Origin: an uncultured delta proteobacterium | GTDB taxonomy: Bacteria > Desulfobacterota > Desulfobacteria > Desulfobacterales > JAFDCJ01 | Direction of reading: 5' to 3' | Assembly (NCBI GenBank): GCA_963769935.1 | Contig: CAVYNY010000032.1 | Span: forward strand, 64,001-128,000 | DNA: 64,000 nt | Shown: piece after piece, positions 19,172 through 28,980 of the stretch | Position numbering within the stretch: the stretch's first letter is position 1 | Layout of the letters: each line of letters begins with the position of its first letter | Position numbers and translations under genes: made by a program | Notes under the pieces: model-generated | Databases searched by the model: none | What the model saw: only the letters and a program-made list of their open reading frames with translations | What the model was told of the DNA's origin: nothing

Positions 19172-20771
19172 AGTTGCCTCTTTGTGAATCGGTTTTCAAT
19201 TGGAGCAGGTTCTGCTCGAAGCGCTGCACCGTATCGGCAAACTCGCGGGCCATATTCGCGGCCAGCGTGAAACCCTGCAGCCGACTCGGATTTTCTCCCA
19301 TTTGGCCGAGCTGTTCACAAATCAGCGCGATCCGCTGCCGGACAAGAATATTGCCCCGTTCGGAGTGGCAGTAGTCCGGGTGGCAGCTCAATACCAGGAC
19401 CCCGGCCGCACCGCCGGTCAAGGCCGCCAGGATGTGGCGTACGGACAGGGCGCCGGCACAGGGCACCTCGATCACTTTGAGGCCGGCCGGCAGTTTCAGA
19501 TTCAGGCCCTCGGCCAGTTCAGCGGCCCGGGCGGCCGAACGGCTGCAGCAAAAGGCCGGGAACCAGAAATCAGCGGTCGCCGCCGGCGCGGTGAATCGGC
19601 CGAGTTGATGCTCGAAGGGATGGCCGGATTCACCCAGCGTAATGGCGCCGCGTGGACATTCAGCGGCACAGATGCCGCACCCCTCGCACGCTTCCGGGGC
19701 GACCGTGATGCGGTCGGCCTTGTGAACCGACCGGTAAGGACAAAGGCGATAGCAGGTCAAGCATCGTATACACTTGCCGGATTGAATTCTGGCTGTGATC
19801 GGTGCTGTCTCCGGACCGTGGGTCAGGCCCAGAACAGCGGTCGCCGCCGCGGCGGCATCAGCCATGGCTTCATCGGGAAGCAGGACGGCGCGCGCCGGGC
19901 CGCCGGCCAGTATCCCGCGGCGATTGGTAAAAACCGGCCAGCGATGCACGTTTTCGGTCTGCAAAAAGCCGGCGTCGTCGGTGTCAATATCCAGAATACG
20001 GCTGAGGCGCTGAAGTTCTTCCGAAGGTACGACCGTCTCGTCTACCACCGTCATGTCCGAATGCAATCGGATCGTCAGGCCGCTGGCTTCGTCGGTAAAA
20101 AGAATCGTGACCTGTCCGTCTTCCGTCTGGTCGATCTGAGGCCGGGTGGCGCTGAATTTGACAAACAGCACGCCGGCTTCCTTGGCCCGGTGATAAAGCG
20201 CTTCCAGACCCTCACCGGCAACCTTCAAATTGGCGGTCAACACATAGGTGCGCATGTCCGGCAGGTTCTGCAATTCGAGGGCCGTCCGCATGATCTCCTC
20301 GGCGATCACAGGCGTGCTTTCCTGCGCCAGGCCGTTGAGGAATACGACCGTCCGGCCGTCCAGGGTCGCGGATTTCGGGCCCGGGACGTCCGTCAGCCGG
20401 CGCCGAAAATCCGACAGGGATTGGACGGAAGCTGAAGCTTTCAAACCGAACGCCGCGTGGTTTGTCAGGCGTCGGGCGGCTTCGGCAACGATGATGCTGC
20501 CGACGTCATAGAGCACCTGATGGCCATTGGACGAGAGAACCACTTTGAAGGCGCCGGCAAATCCTTCGCAGCGCGCCAGACGGGCGGCAGACAGGACCTC
20601 GATCCCGGCCGCGCCGGTCGAACTCCGAACATCTGAAGCCGAAGCCGAACCGGAGACCGCCGGACGGCTGTCGGTCATGATTACCGCCACCCCGGCGGCG
20701 GCCAGGTGACGGGCCACCTGGAGGGCATATTCGCCGTTTCCGATAACAAGGGTTTTTTTCAAATGGGTCAT
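19161..20771 (-). CDS. HdrA-like / ferredoxin / MvhD fusion (QmoB-like architecture)
   Basis: Degenerate HdrA-like N-terminus, CIRCLTCYRLCP and CEGCGICAAECP, C-terminal MvhD (FCCSRS, VPCAG, SCHPDYCHSERGN). Confidence 0.85.
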   Translation of the reverse strand: MTHLKKTLVIGNGEYALQVARHLAAAGVAVIMTDSRPAVSGSASASDVRSSTGAAGIEVLSAARLARCEGFAGAFKVVLSSNGHQVLYDVGSIIVAEAARRLTNHAAFGLKASASVQSLSDFRRRLTDVPGPKSATLDGRTVVFLNGLAQESTPVIAEEIMRTALELQNLPDMRTYVLTANLKVAGEGLEALYHRAKEAGVLFVKFSATRPQIDQTEDGQVTILFTDEASGLTIRLHSDMTVVDETVVPSEELQRLSRILDIDTDDAGFLQTENVHRWPVFTNRRGILAGGPARAVLLPDEAMADAAAAATAVLGLTHGPETAPITARIQSGKCIRCLTCYRLCPYRSVHKADRITVAPEACEGCGICAAECPRGAITLGESGHPFEHQLGRFTAPAATADFWFPAFCCSRSAARAAELAEGLNLKLPAGLKVIEVPCAGALSVRHILAALTGGAAGVLVLSCHPDYCHSERGNILVRQRIALICEQLGQMGENPSRLQGFTLAANMAREFADTVQRFEQNLLQLKTDSQRGNYDQ

Positions 20772-20776
20772 ATTAA

Positions 20777-21856
20777 TTAGACACCCCCCGGCGTCGTGCG
20801 GTTCGTTAGCACCGGTTGCATACTTTCAGGGAAACAGGCCTGGCGGATATACCCGGCCGCATGCAGCGCAGCCTGTCCCGCGCTGGCAATGGATTCGGCA
20901 ATGCTCATGGGACCGCAAACGGTGCCGGCACAGAACACGCCCGGACCCGGCGATATCGGCCAGAAGCCGCTTGGCTCCGGCGTGAGTTGAAACTGACGGG
21001 CGAGCGGCAGATTTTCCGCAGCGGGCGTGATACCAACCGACAGTACCATAAGGTCAAATAAGTCCTCCTTGCCCTGTCGGTCGCCGGGATCGAAATAGGC
21101 AACCCGCAGACGGTCGTTCTCAGCCGGGAAAACATCTCCCGGCAAGGTTCTCACCAGGGTGAAATCTTCCTTGATGCGCGAGAAAACGTCCTGGAAATCT
21201 TTGCCGAACGTCTGGATGTCAATATAAAAAAACGTGATGTCGACCTGAGGGCAGCGGGTTTTGATGAGTCGCGCCAGGCGCAGGGCGGATGCGCAGCAGA
21301 CCTTCGAACACCATAGGTGCCCGAGCTGCCGGTCCCGGCTGCCCACGCACTGCACGAAGGCGATGCGATCAGGGGTGCGGTGGTCGGAGGGCCTCAGCGG
21401 TATGCTCTGATCCCGGAGCATCCTTTCGAGTTCAAGGTTGGTTAAAACGTTGGCTAAGCGACCATAGCCATACGGTTTAGGCCGCGGGTCAAAGGGCTGA
21501 AAACCGCAGGCCAGGATGACCGCATCCGCTTCGCGGGCAAGATCTTCGCACTTGCCGGAATATTCCTGCCGGATTGCCAACCGAAACCGGCCGCTGTGTT
21601 CAACTGCAGTGATCCGGCTGCCGGTCATTACCTCCACGGCCGGGTTCGCGAGAACAGAGCGGCCTGCTTCAACCACCAGACAGGCGCCGCATTTGACGCA
21701 GGCCTCGGTTGCTTTGCAGGCATAGCCGCCGGCGTGTCCACCGATGACGCTTTGGTTCTCGACAAGAATGGAACCAATTTGCATATCCGCCAACCGGTTG
21801 GCAGCAGTCAAACCGGCGATGCCGCCGCCGATAATTAAAACATTTTGCTCGAACAT
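20777..21856 (-). CDS. Short HdrA-like FAD-dependent oxidoreductase (QmoA-like)
   Basis: IIGGGIAG, YGYG...LELE, FVQCVGSRD, WCSKVCC, FYIDIQTFG. Confidence 0.88.
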   Translation of the reverse strand: MFEQNVLIIGGGIAGLTAANRLADMQIGSILVENQSVIGGHAGGYACKATEACVKCGACLVVEAGRSVLANPAVEVMTGSRITAVEHSGRFRLAIRQEYSGKCEDLAREADAVILACGFQPFDPRPKPYGYGRLANVLTNLELERMLRDQSIPLRPSDHRTPDRIAFVQCVGSRDRQLGHLWCSKVCCASALRLARLIKTRCPQVDITFFYIDIQTFGKDFQDVFSRIKEDFTLVRTLPGDVFPAENDRLRVAYFDPGDRQGKEDLFDLMVLSVGITPAAENLPLARQFQLTPEPSGFWPISPGPGVFCAGTVCGPMSIAESIASAGQAALHAAGYIRQACFPESMQPVLTNRTTPGGV

Positions 21857-22073
21857 AATCCTTTTGCTCGGTAGAGGCTGTTTAAACGCGGCCTGGAATG
21901 GGCATTAAGGCGATGTCTTGTGATATAAAGCCGCATTGCCCGCAACCCGGGAGGCCGCGACAGGGAAAATGAGCCACAAGCTGATTCTTATACAGGTTTT
22001 AAGAGCATTTGGCAACCCCGAACACGAAGCAGGCGCAAATTGGAGCATCCGGTGCATGCTGTTTTATGGAGTT

Positions 22074-22230
22074 AAAATACATTATCCACCTTATTGACAA
22101 ATATGATGAGCAGACCAATTCCTATGACTAAATTCGGAAAAATATTACCACCTCAAAATTTCCGGGTATCCAACAGCCAAAAACCTCTTTAAACTGAGGC
22201 AGGCGGTCATCGAAGCTGTAATCGGCGAAG
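22074..22230 (+). repeat. Duplicated upstream region, copy 1 (copy 2 at 28219-28382)
   Basis: The identical 29-mer aaaatacattatccaccttattgacaaat (containing TTGACA) occurs at 22074 and 28219, followed by diverged similarity ending gcaggcg.tcat.gaagctgt.at.gg.gaag. Confidence 0.85.
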
Positions 22231-22291
22231 TTCTCAAACCAAATAAGCCACTCATTCGAAAAACCCTGCCCATTAAGAAGGAGATAAAATC

Positions 22292-23116
22292 ATGAGCACT
22301 ATTACGACCCAAGACGGGACGCAGATCTATTACAAAGACTGGGGCCAAGGTCAGCCCATTGTGTTTAGCCACGGCTGGCCGCTGTCGGCCGATGATTGGG
22401 ATATCCAGATGCTGTTCTTCCTCAAGCACGGTTATCGCGTCATAGCCCACGACCGGCGGGGACATGGCCGTTCCTCTCAGACCGGTGGCGGCCATGACAT
22501 GGACCATTATGCCGACGACCTGGCGGCGGTGACCGCTCATCTCGACCTCAAGAAAGCGGTGCATGTCGGCCACTCGACCGGTGGCGGCGAAGTGGTGCGC
22601 TACATAGCGCGCCACGGCGAAAGCCGGGTGGCAAAAGCGGTGCTCATCAGCGCGGTGCCGCCGTTGATGGTGAAAACGTCGGCCAATCCGGGCGGGCAGC
22701 CCAAAGAGGTGTTTGACGGGTTGCAGGCGCAGCTCGCCGCCAACCGAGCCCAGTTCTATTACGATCTGCCGGCTGGACCGTTTTACGGTTACAACCGGCC
22801 CGGTGCGAAACCCTCTCAGGGGGTGATCGGGAATTGGTGGCGCCAGGGCATGATGGGAGGCGCCAAGGCGCACTATGACGGCATCGTCGCTTTCTCCCAG
22901 ACGGACTTCACCGAAGATCTGAAGAAGATCACGGTGCCGGTCCTAGTGCTGCATGGCGACGACGACCAGATCGTGCCTTATGCCGATTCTGCGCCGCTGT
23001 CGGCAAAGTTGCTGCGGAATAGCACATTGAAAACCTACAAGGGCTTTCCGCACGGCATGCCCACGACTGAGGCCGACACGATTAACGCCGACCTCCTGGT
23101 TTTTATCAAAGAGTGA
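22292..23116 (+). CDS. cpo: Non-heme chloroperoxidase / perhydrolase (alpha/beta hydrolase)
   Basis: [49 protein letters not shown]. Confidence 0.92.
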   Translation: MSTITTQDGTQIYYKDWGQGQPIVFSHGWPLSADDWDIQMLFFLKHGYRVIAHDRRGHGRSSQTGGGHDMDHYADDLAAVTAHLDLKKAVHVGHSTGGGEVVRYIARHGESRVAKAVLISAVPPLMVKTSANPGGQPKEVFDGLQAQLAANRAQFYYDLPAGPFYGYNRPGAKPSQGVIGNWWRQGMMGGAKAHYDGIVAFSQTDFTEDLKKITVPVLVLHGDDDQIVPYADSAPLSAKLLRNSTLKTYKGFPHGMPTTEADTINADLLVFIKE

Positions 23117-23140
23117 GCCGTCAAGTAAAAACAGCACTAA

Positions 23141-23296
23141 GGGCTCACTCAAAAATAACTTCACATTTTATACGCCGATGCATCTCTTACGGCTGCGTTG
23201 CGAAAGCTCGGAATATCCAGATATTCCTGCGTTTTCGCGCCTTGCCGGAAGAGCGCCTCAACACCTAAAACTGTGAATTAATTTTTTCGTGAACCC
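23141..23296. mobile_element. MITE-like element with imperfect terminal inverted repeats, flanked by TAA
   Basis: Left end gggctcactcaaaaataacttcaca; right end (reverse complement) gggttcacgaaaaaattaattcaca. TAA on both flanks; internal hairpin ggaatatc-ca-gatattcc. Confidence 0.72.
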
Positions 23297-23307
23297 TAAG
23301 GAGATCC

Positions 23308-24219
23308 ATGATGAAAGCACAGAGCAAAAATTCCGCAGGAGCGGCAACAACAGCCAAGGTGGCTTACAGGACCGTTATGATCGACGGCCTGGATATCTTC
23401 TACCGCGAGGCGGGGCCGAAAAACGCCCCCGTCGTGCTCCTGCTTCACGGCTTTCCGACCAGTTCACACATGTTCCGCAATTTGATCCCGGCGCTGGCCG
23501 ACGAGTTCCACCTGGTTGCACCGGACTACCCTGGCTATGGGAACAGCTCGATGCCGGCCGTGGAAGAATTCGCATACACCTTCGACCATTTGGCTGAAGT
23601 GATCGGCAACTTCATGGAGAAGGTCGGACTGAAGAAATACACATTATACGTTATGGACTACGGCGCGCCGGTCGGCTACCGTCTGGCAACCAAGCACCCC
23701 GACCGCGTCCAGGCCTTCGTGGTGCAGAACGGCAACGCCTACGATGAGGGCCTCGACAACGATTTCTGGAAACCGATCAAGGCTTACTGGCAGGAAAAGA
23801 CGGCGGAGCGCGAGAAGCCCCTGCGCGGTTTCTTCACCCGCGAGGCCACCATCTGGCAATACACCGACGGCGTCCGGGACAAGGAGGCGATCAGCCCCGA
23901 TACCTGGAATATCGATCAGCCGCTGCTCGACCGGCCGGGAAACGCCGAAATCCAACTCGCCCTTTTCCACAGTTACGGCAGCAATCCGCCGCTGTACCCG
24001 AGATGGCAGGCCTACTTCCGCGACTACCAGCCGCCGACCCTTATCGTCTGGGGCAAGAACGATAAGATATTTCCGGCAGCAGGCGCCGAGCCGTACAAGA
24101 GAGACCTGAAGAACCTGGAGTTTCACCTGCTCGACACCGGACACTTCGCCCTCGAGGAGGACGGCGACAAGATCGCCGACCTAATGCGTAACTTTCTCCG
24201 CAGAAACTTTAAAAGGTGA
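23308..24219 (+). CDS. Alpha/beta hydrolase (epoxide hydrolase/haloalkane dehalogenase-like)
   Basis: [47 protein letters not shown]. Confidence 0.92.
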   Translation: MMKAQSKNSAGAATTAKVAYRTVMIDGLDIFYREAGPKNAPVVLLLHGFPTSSHMFRNLIPALADEFHLVAPDYPGYGNSSMPAVEEFAYTFDHLAEVIGNFMEKVGLKKYTLYVMDYGAPVGYRLATKHPDRVQAFVVQNGNAYDEGLDNDFWKPIKAYWQEKTAEREKPLRGFFTREATIWQYTDGVRDKEAISPDTWNIDQPLLDRPGNAEIQLALFHSYGSNPPLYPRWQAYFRDYQPPTLIVWGKNDKIFPAAGAEPYKRDLKNLEFHLLDTGHFALEEDGDKIADLMRNFLRRNFKR

Positions 24220-24281
24220 ATCGGAGAAAGCCGGCCTGAAGATGAAGCCAACCAAGCTGATGATCTTCGGAAATCCCAAAG

Positions 24282-25001
24282 ATGAACGATCTGCTTGACA
24301 GTATTATCGATGCGCACGGGGGCATGGAACGCTGGAATAGATACGAAAAGGTCGACGCCACGATCGTGAGCGGCGGCGGCTTCTTTGCGCTCAAGGGCAT
24401 GCCCCAGGATTCAATCCCGCGTCGCATGACGGTGTGGCTGCACGAGGAACGCTCGTCTGTGTTGCCCTACGGTGCTCCCGATCAGCGCACGATGTTCACA
24501 CCTGATAGGATCGCGATCGAGAAACTCGACGGGACGCTTGTTGCGGAGCGGCACGCGCCCAAGGACTCGTTCGCCGGTCATCAGATGAGCACGCCATGGG
24601 ACCCGCTGCATCGTGCTTATTTTAACGGCGAAGCGCTGTGGACCTATCTCACCACGCCCTTTCTTCTTGCGCTGGACGGCGTCCGAGTCGAGGAGACCGA
24701 GTCGTGGCGGGAGGGCTCGGAGATGTGGCGCGTGTTGCGCGTATATTTCCCAGGTTCGATCGAGACGCATAGCCTCGTTCAAGATTTCTTCTTCGGTGAG
24801 GATCTGATGTTGCGCCGTCACGACTATAGCGTGAATATCGCGGGCGGTTTTGCAGCGGCGCAGCTGACCTCAGACTACGCGGTGGCGAACGGTATTCGCC
24901 TGCCGACTAAGCGCCGCGCCTATACTCGCGGACCGAATCGCCGGCCGATCCTGGAAATGCTGATGGTTTCCATCGACATCAGCGATGTGAAATTCACATA
25001 A
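24282..25001 (+). CDS. Conserved hypothetical protein
   Basis: 239-aa ORF in operon context; AHGGMERW, YFNGEALWTYLTTPF, LRRHDY. Confidence 0.8.
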   Translation: MNDLLDSIIDAHGGMERWNRYEKVDATIVSGGGFFALKGMPQDSIPRRMTVWLHEERSSVLPYGAPDQRTMFTPDRIAIEKLDGTLVAERHAPKDSFAGHQMSTPWDPLHRAYFNGEALWTYLTTPFLLALDGVRVEETESWREGSEMWRVLRVYFPGSIETHSLVQDFFFGEDLMLRRHDYSVNIAGGFAAAQLTSDYAVANGIRLPTKRRAYTRGPNRRPILEMLMVSIDISDVKFT

Positions 25002-25150
25002 GGGATCTGAACACAAGAATGTCCGTCGTCGGACAGACAAGGACGCACAGGAGGAAACAGCCATGGCACATCTGCTCTATATTGAAGCATGTGAAGACCG
25101 GCGAAGAGAGAAGGCATCAGTTGTCGCATGCGCCGGGAAGGAGAGGGATT

Positions 25151-25627
25151 ATGTCCAATGACGGTCCTATTCTGGTCACAGGTGCTGGAGGTGGAGTAGG
25201 GGGAGTGGGCGGCACGGTTGTGGAGCGGCTGCGCAAGCAGGACTTACCGGTTCGTGCGCTCGTCCATCGCGAAGATAAACGTGCCGAAGCGCTGCGCGCC
25301 GCCGGGGCCGAGGTCGTTGTCGGCGACCTGACCTGTGGCGGGGATGTCGAGCGCGCCCTGGCGGGTTGCCGGCGCATGTATTTCGGCATGAGCGTGTCAG
25401 CGGCTTACCTGGAGGCGACAGTCATTGCCGCTGCTGCAGCTCGCGAGCACGGCGATTTGGAAGTGTTCGTCAACATCTCCCAAATGACCGTATCGCAAAT
25501 GAGCCTCACCCAAGATGTCGAGGCGATTACAGGAAGGCCGGCGACCGGCACCCATGACTTTGTTGTGCAGCACGCCGAGTTATTCAGGCCAAACAACCCG
25601 CCCCTGAGGGTCTTGGGGGCAATGTGA
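25151..25627 (+). pseudogene. NmrA-family NAD(P)-binding protein with large in-frame internal deletion
   Basis: The ILVTGAGG Rossmann N-half runs to SQMTVSQMSLT and then jumps straight to a C-terminal-type QDVEAITGRPA...DFV. Only ~158 aa. Confidence 0.72.
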
Positions 25628-25653
25628 GCCTGTTATCACTGAGAGAGGATAAG

Positions 25654-26676
25654 ATGAAAGCATACGTTTTGAGCGAAATGGGTAAAGGCGTCGGCGCCTG
25701 GAAGCAGGTGGAACGCCCCGACCCAGTTGCCGGTGCGGGAGAAGTGCTCGTTGGAGTTCGCGCTGCGTCGTTGAACTTCCGCGACTTGATGATTGCCGGC
25801 GGTTTCTACACCCGTCCAGTGAAGAAAGATGTCATCCCGCTTTCGGACGGCGCGGGGGAGGTGCTCGCTGTGGGCGAAGGTGTGACGCAGTTTAAAACCG
25901 GCGACCGCGTGATGGGCGCTTTCGCACCGAGTTGGAAAGACGGGCCGTGCCGGGCGGGCTACTTCGACCTCGCTCTGGGCGGAGGAATTGACGGGATGCT
26001 CGCCGAGAAAGTCGCGCTTCCCGCAGCAGGCGTAGTCAGAATTCCCGCGCATCTTTCCTGGGAAGAGGCAGCCACGCTGCCTTGCGCCGCAGTGACTGCG
26101 TGGAACGCCCTGATGGAAAATCAGCGTCCGCTAAAGCCCGGCTCTACAGTGCTGGTACTGGGCAGCGGCGGCGTGTCGGTCTTCGCGATGCAATTCGCGA
26201 AAGCGGCGGGCATGTGCGTCATCGGAACTTCGAGCAGTGACGTAAAGCTTGACCGCCTGCGCAAAATCGGCCTCGATCATGGCATCAACTACAGGAAAAC
26301 TCCTGAGTGGCAGGCTGAGGTGAAAAAAATCACCGGCGGTGAAGGAGTTGATCAGGTAATTGAAGTTGCCGGTTCGACTTTGCCGCGCTCGCTTAAAGCG
26401 GTCAAATACGGCGGCGTCATCAGTGTCATCGGAGCGGTGGCCGGCGGATTCGATCAACCGATCGACTTGCTATCCATTTTCATGTCGGGGGCCCGCGTGC
26501 AGCCGGTTTTTGTCGGTTCGGTGGCGATGTTTGAGGCGATGAACCGCGCAATCGAAGCGAATCAAATCCATCCGATGATTGGCGAAGTGTTCCCGTTCGA
26601 CCGCGCGCAAGAGGCTCTGGCGAAACTCAAAAGCGGCGCGCAATTCGGGAAAATCGTTATAGCGAGCCGGGGCTGA
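25654..26676 (+). CDS. Zinc-type alcohol dehydrogenase-like / NADPH:quinone oxidoreductase (MDR family)
   Basis: ASLNFRD, IPLSDGAGEV, EAATLPCAAVTAWNAL, GSGGVS, FGKIVI. Confidence 0.9.
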   Translation: MKAYVLSEMGKGVGAWKQVERPDPVAGAGEVLVGVRAASLNFRDLMIAGGFYTRPVKKDVIPLSDGAGEVLAVGEGVTQFKTGDRVMGAFAPSWKDGPCRAGYFDLALGGGIDGMLAEKVALPAAGVVRIPAHLSWEEAATLPCAAVTAWNALMENQRPLKPGSTVLVLGSGGVSVFAMQFAKAAGMCVIGTSSSDVKLDRLRKIGLDHGINYRKTPEWQAEVKKITGGEGVDQVIEVAGSTLPRSLKAVKYGGVISVIGAVAGGFDQPIDLLSIFMSGARVQPVFVGSVAMFEAMNRAIEANQIHPMIGEVFPFDRAQEALAKLKSGAQFGKIVIASRG

Positions 26677-26776
26677 TTAATTCTCACAGGCATCCAAAGG
26701 ATGCGCTAGAGTATTAGCGCTTCCCTCTTGTTGGAGAGAGTTCGTTGCAAGTTAGAATCCATTGAGGAGGTGTAGC

Positions 26777-27136
26777 ATGGCAAATCCATTTGTTCACATT
26801 GAATTGCATACCAAAGACGTGAAGAAGTCAAAGAATTTCTACACGAGCATGTTCGGCTGGAAAATGGAAGAAGTTTCAGGAATGGACTACACGATCATCA
26901 ACGTCGGCGAAGGCACAGGCGGAGGAATGATGCAGAACCCTATGCCTGGTGATCCTGACAACTGGCTTCCGTACATCCAAGTAGAGGATGTGGCGGCATC
27001 AACAAAGAAGGCGAAGTCGCTCGGAGCTACGATTGTTAAGGAAGTCACAGAGGTTCCCGACATGGGATGGCTCAGCGTCATTGTAGACCCGACCGGCGCG
27101 GCTTTTGGGCTCTGGGAGCCGAAAATGACCAATTGA
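26777..27136 (+). CDS. VOC/glyoxalase family protein
   Basis: PFVHIEL, FY.SMFGW, GGGMM, WLPYIQVEDV, DPTGAAFGLW; RBS GAGGAGG. Confidence 0.9.
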   Translation: MANPFVHIELHTKDVKKSKNFYTSMFGWKMEEVSGMDYTIINVGEGTGGGMMQNPMPGDPDNWLPYIQVEDVAASTKKAKSLGATIVKEVTEVPDMGWLSVIVDPTGAAFGLWEPKMTN

Positions 27137-27611
27137 CGTGGGCTCGTCCCTTTATAGCTCGACCTCGAATCGCGCTCTTTGCCCCAATCGGTGAGGGAAT
27201 TTTTTCGGCCCCGCCCGTAGAAACGGTTTCGCTCGATGAGGCGATTGCCGCCTACCGAGCGATTGTTGAAGGAAGCTCCGGGAAAAGGTTCGTTATCCGC
27301 TTTGGGGAGGCAGGTCGGCGCAAGCGCGAACCGTGCGCAGAAAGAGCAGAGCGAATTCCGCGGCCGCCGGTGACACTCGCCTTTTACCCGGCCGGGTGAA
27401 GTTGCGTTTGCGGCGATCAGGTGTTGCTTTGCAACGAGATCCTAACGGAACTCCAGGATCTTGGTGCTTCACTCATGGGTATTTCGCTCATTGGCGGGGT
27501 CTGAAGGCAAAGAGCTTCTCAGCAGCCATGGCGGGTAAGTTTGTCGAGGTCGCTTGAGTCGTCTCATCATGGAAAAATAAAAAAGGAGCAAGAGCCGCAT
27601 GAACCATGGAC

Positions 27612-28160
27612 TAGAAAATTAACGGGCGCTGGTAGCCGGCGGCAGCCGTGGCATTGGGGCTGCGATTGTCAAGCGTCTGGCTTGCGAAGGTGCCCACGTC
27701 GCGCTGACCTATGTCAGCAATACAGCTCGGGCTAACGAAACGGTGAAGGCAGCGCCGGAGTCGGGGGTTAAGGCGTTGGCAATCCAGGCCGACAATGCCG
27801 CTGCCGGGGCGGTGGTTGCGGCCATAGAGCAAACGGTACGGGAACTGGGCGGGATCGATATCCTGGTCAACAACGCCGGCATCGCCGTCATGGCGCCCGT
27901 CGATGACTATCGCCTCGAAGACCTGGATCGCACCCTATCGGTGAACGTGCGCGCGGTTTTTGTCGCCACGCAGGCCGCCGTGAAGCACATGCGGGCAGGC
28001 GCATCATCAACATCGGGAGTTGCAATGCCGTTCGCATGCCGTTCGCGGGGGGTGCGGTCTACGCCATGAGCAAGGCCGCTCTCGTAGGACTGGTCAAGGG
28101 ACCGGCGCGCGACCCCGGACCGCGCGGCATCACGATCAACAATGTGCAATCCGGTCCGGA
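27612..28160 (+). pseudogene. SDR oxidoreductase pseudogene (frameshifted, truncated)
   Basis: ALVAGGSRGIGAAIVKRLA...ILVNNAG...AAVKHM in one frame, then RIINIGSCNA...YAMSKAAL...GITINNVQSGP in another. No intact start and no C-terminus. Confidence 0.85.
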
Positions 28161-28379
28161 TTTTTCCGGCTTCCACTGGTGTTCGGAAAACCACGCTCCT
28201 TAAAACTAAAAAGGAGTGAAAATACATTATCCACCTTATTGACAAATGTGGTGAATAGACCAAACCCTACGCACAAATATGGTTATATTGTGCTCCTTTA
28301 AAATAAACCGTATCGAATAGTCAAAAATAGCGGTGACGAGGTAAACAGTCGCAGGCGATCATTGAAGCTGTGATTGGTG

Positions 28380-28466
28380 AAGGTTTACGAAGGAGCGCCG
28401 CACGAAATGAGCAAGACCCTCAAGAACCACATCAATGAGGATCTGCTTGCCTTCTTCAAGGGATAG
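28380..28466 (+). pseudogene. C-terminal remnant of a second chloroperoxidase gene
   Basis: Translates KVYEGAPHEMSKTLKNHINEDLLAFFKG*, aligning with the Cpo C-terminus at 23116 ([28 protein letters not shown]). Confidence 0.78.
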
Positions 28467-28520
28467 GCGACTCGATCAAGTGTTGGAGCAACGGGAGAAT
28501 CAACACTCAGAAGGTGTGCT

Positions 28521-28958
28521 ATGAAATCTTCATTCACAAAGATTCAGTGGGTCGCGACCGGCGCCGCGCTGCTGGCGGCCGGTGCCGTGTTGGCCGCAGC
28601 GACGTCCGGCGCCAACGGCCATGAAGTTGGCGTAGAGGTGAAGCCGGTACGCGTGGAGAAGCTTTCCAACGTGCCCGGCAAGACCCTCACGGTCGTCACC
28701 GTGAACTATGCACCGGGCGGCAAATCAGGCGCGCATCACCACGCCGGCAGCGTCTTCGCCTATGTGCTCTCGGGGGCGATCAGATCCGAGAACTCCGCCA
28801 CCGGACCGGCTAAGGTTTACAAGGCCGGCGAAAGCTTCTTCGAGCCGCCCGGCAGCGAGCATCTGGTCAGCGAGAACGCGAGCGCAGCGGAGCCGGCCAG
28901 CATGCTCGCTGTCTTTATCGCCGATGATGGTGCACAGCTGACGGTTTTCGACAAGTAA
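28521..28958 (+). CDS. Exported cupin-domain protein
   Basis: Signal peptide; [35 protein letters not shown]. Confidence 0.88.
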   Translation: MKSSFTKIQWVATGAALLAAGAVLAAATSGANGHEVGVEVKPVRVEKLSNVPGKTLTVVTVNYAPGGKSGAHHHAGSVFAYVLSGAIRSENSATGPAKVYKAGESFFEPPGSEHLVSENASAAEPASMLAVFIADDGAQLTVFDK

Positions 28959-28980
28959 ACCTTAATATTGAGACAATGCC

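Noticed and set aside
19161..21856. Canonical qmoAB of the sulfate-reduction pathway
   Set aside because: No aprAB or qmoC adjacent, both proteins are shorter than I would expect for QmoA/QmoB, and the second has a degenerate FAD motif.
22082..22090. Replication origin suggested by a DnaA-box-like TTATCCACC
   Set aside because: One mismatched box per copy, with no box cluster and no dnaA or rep gene nearby.
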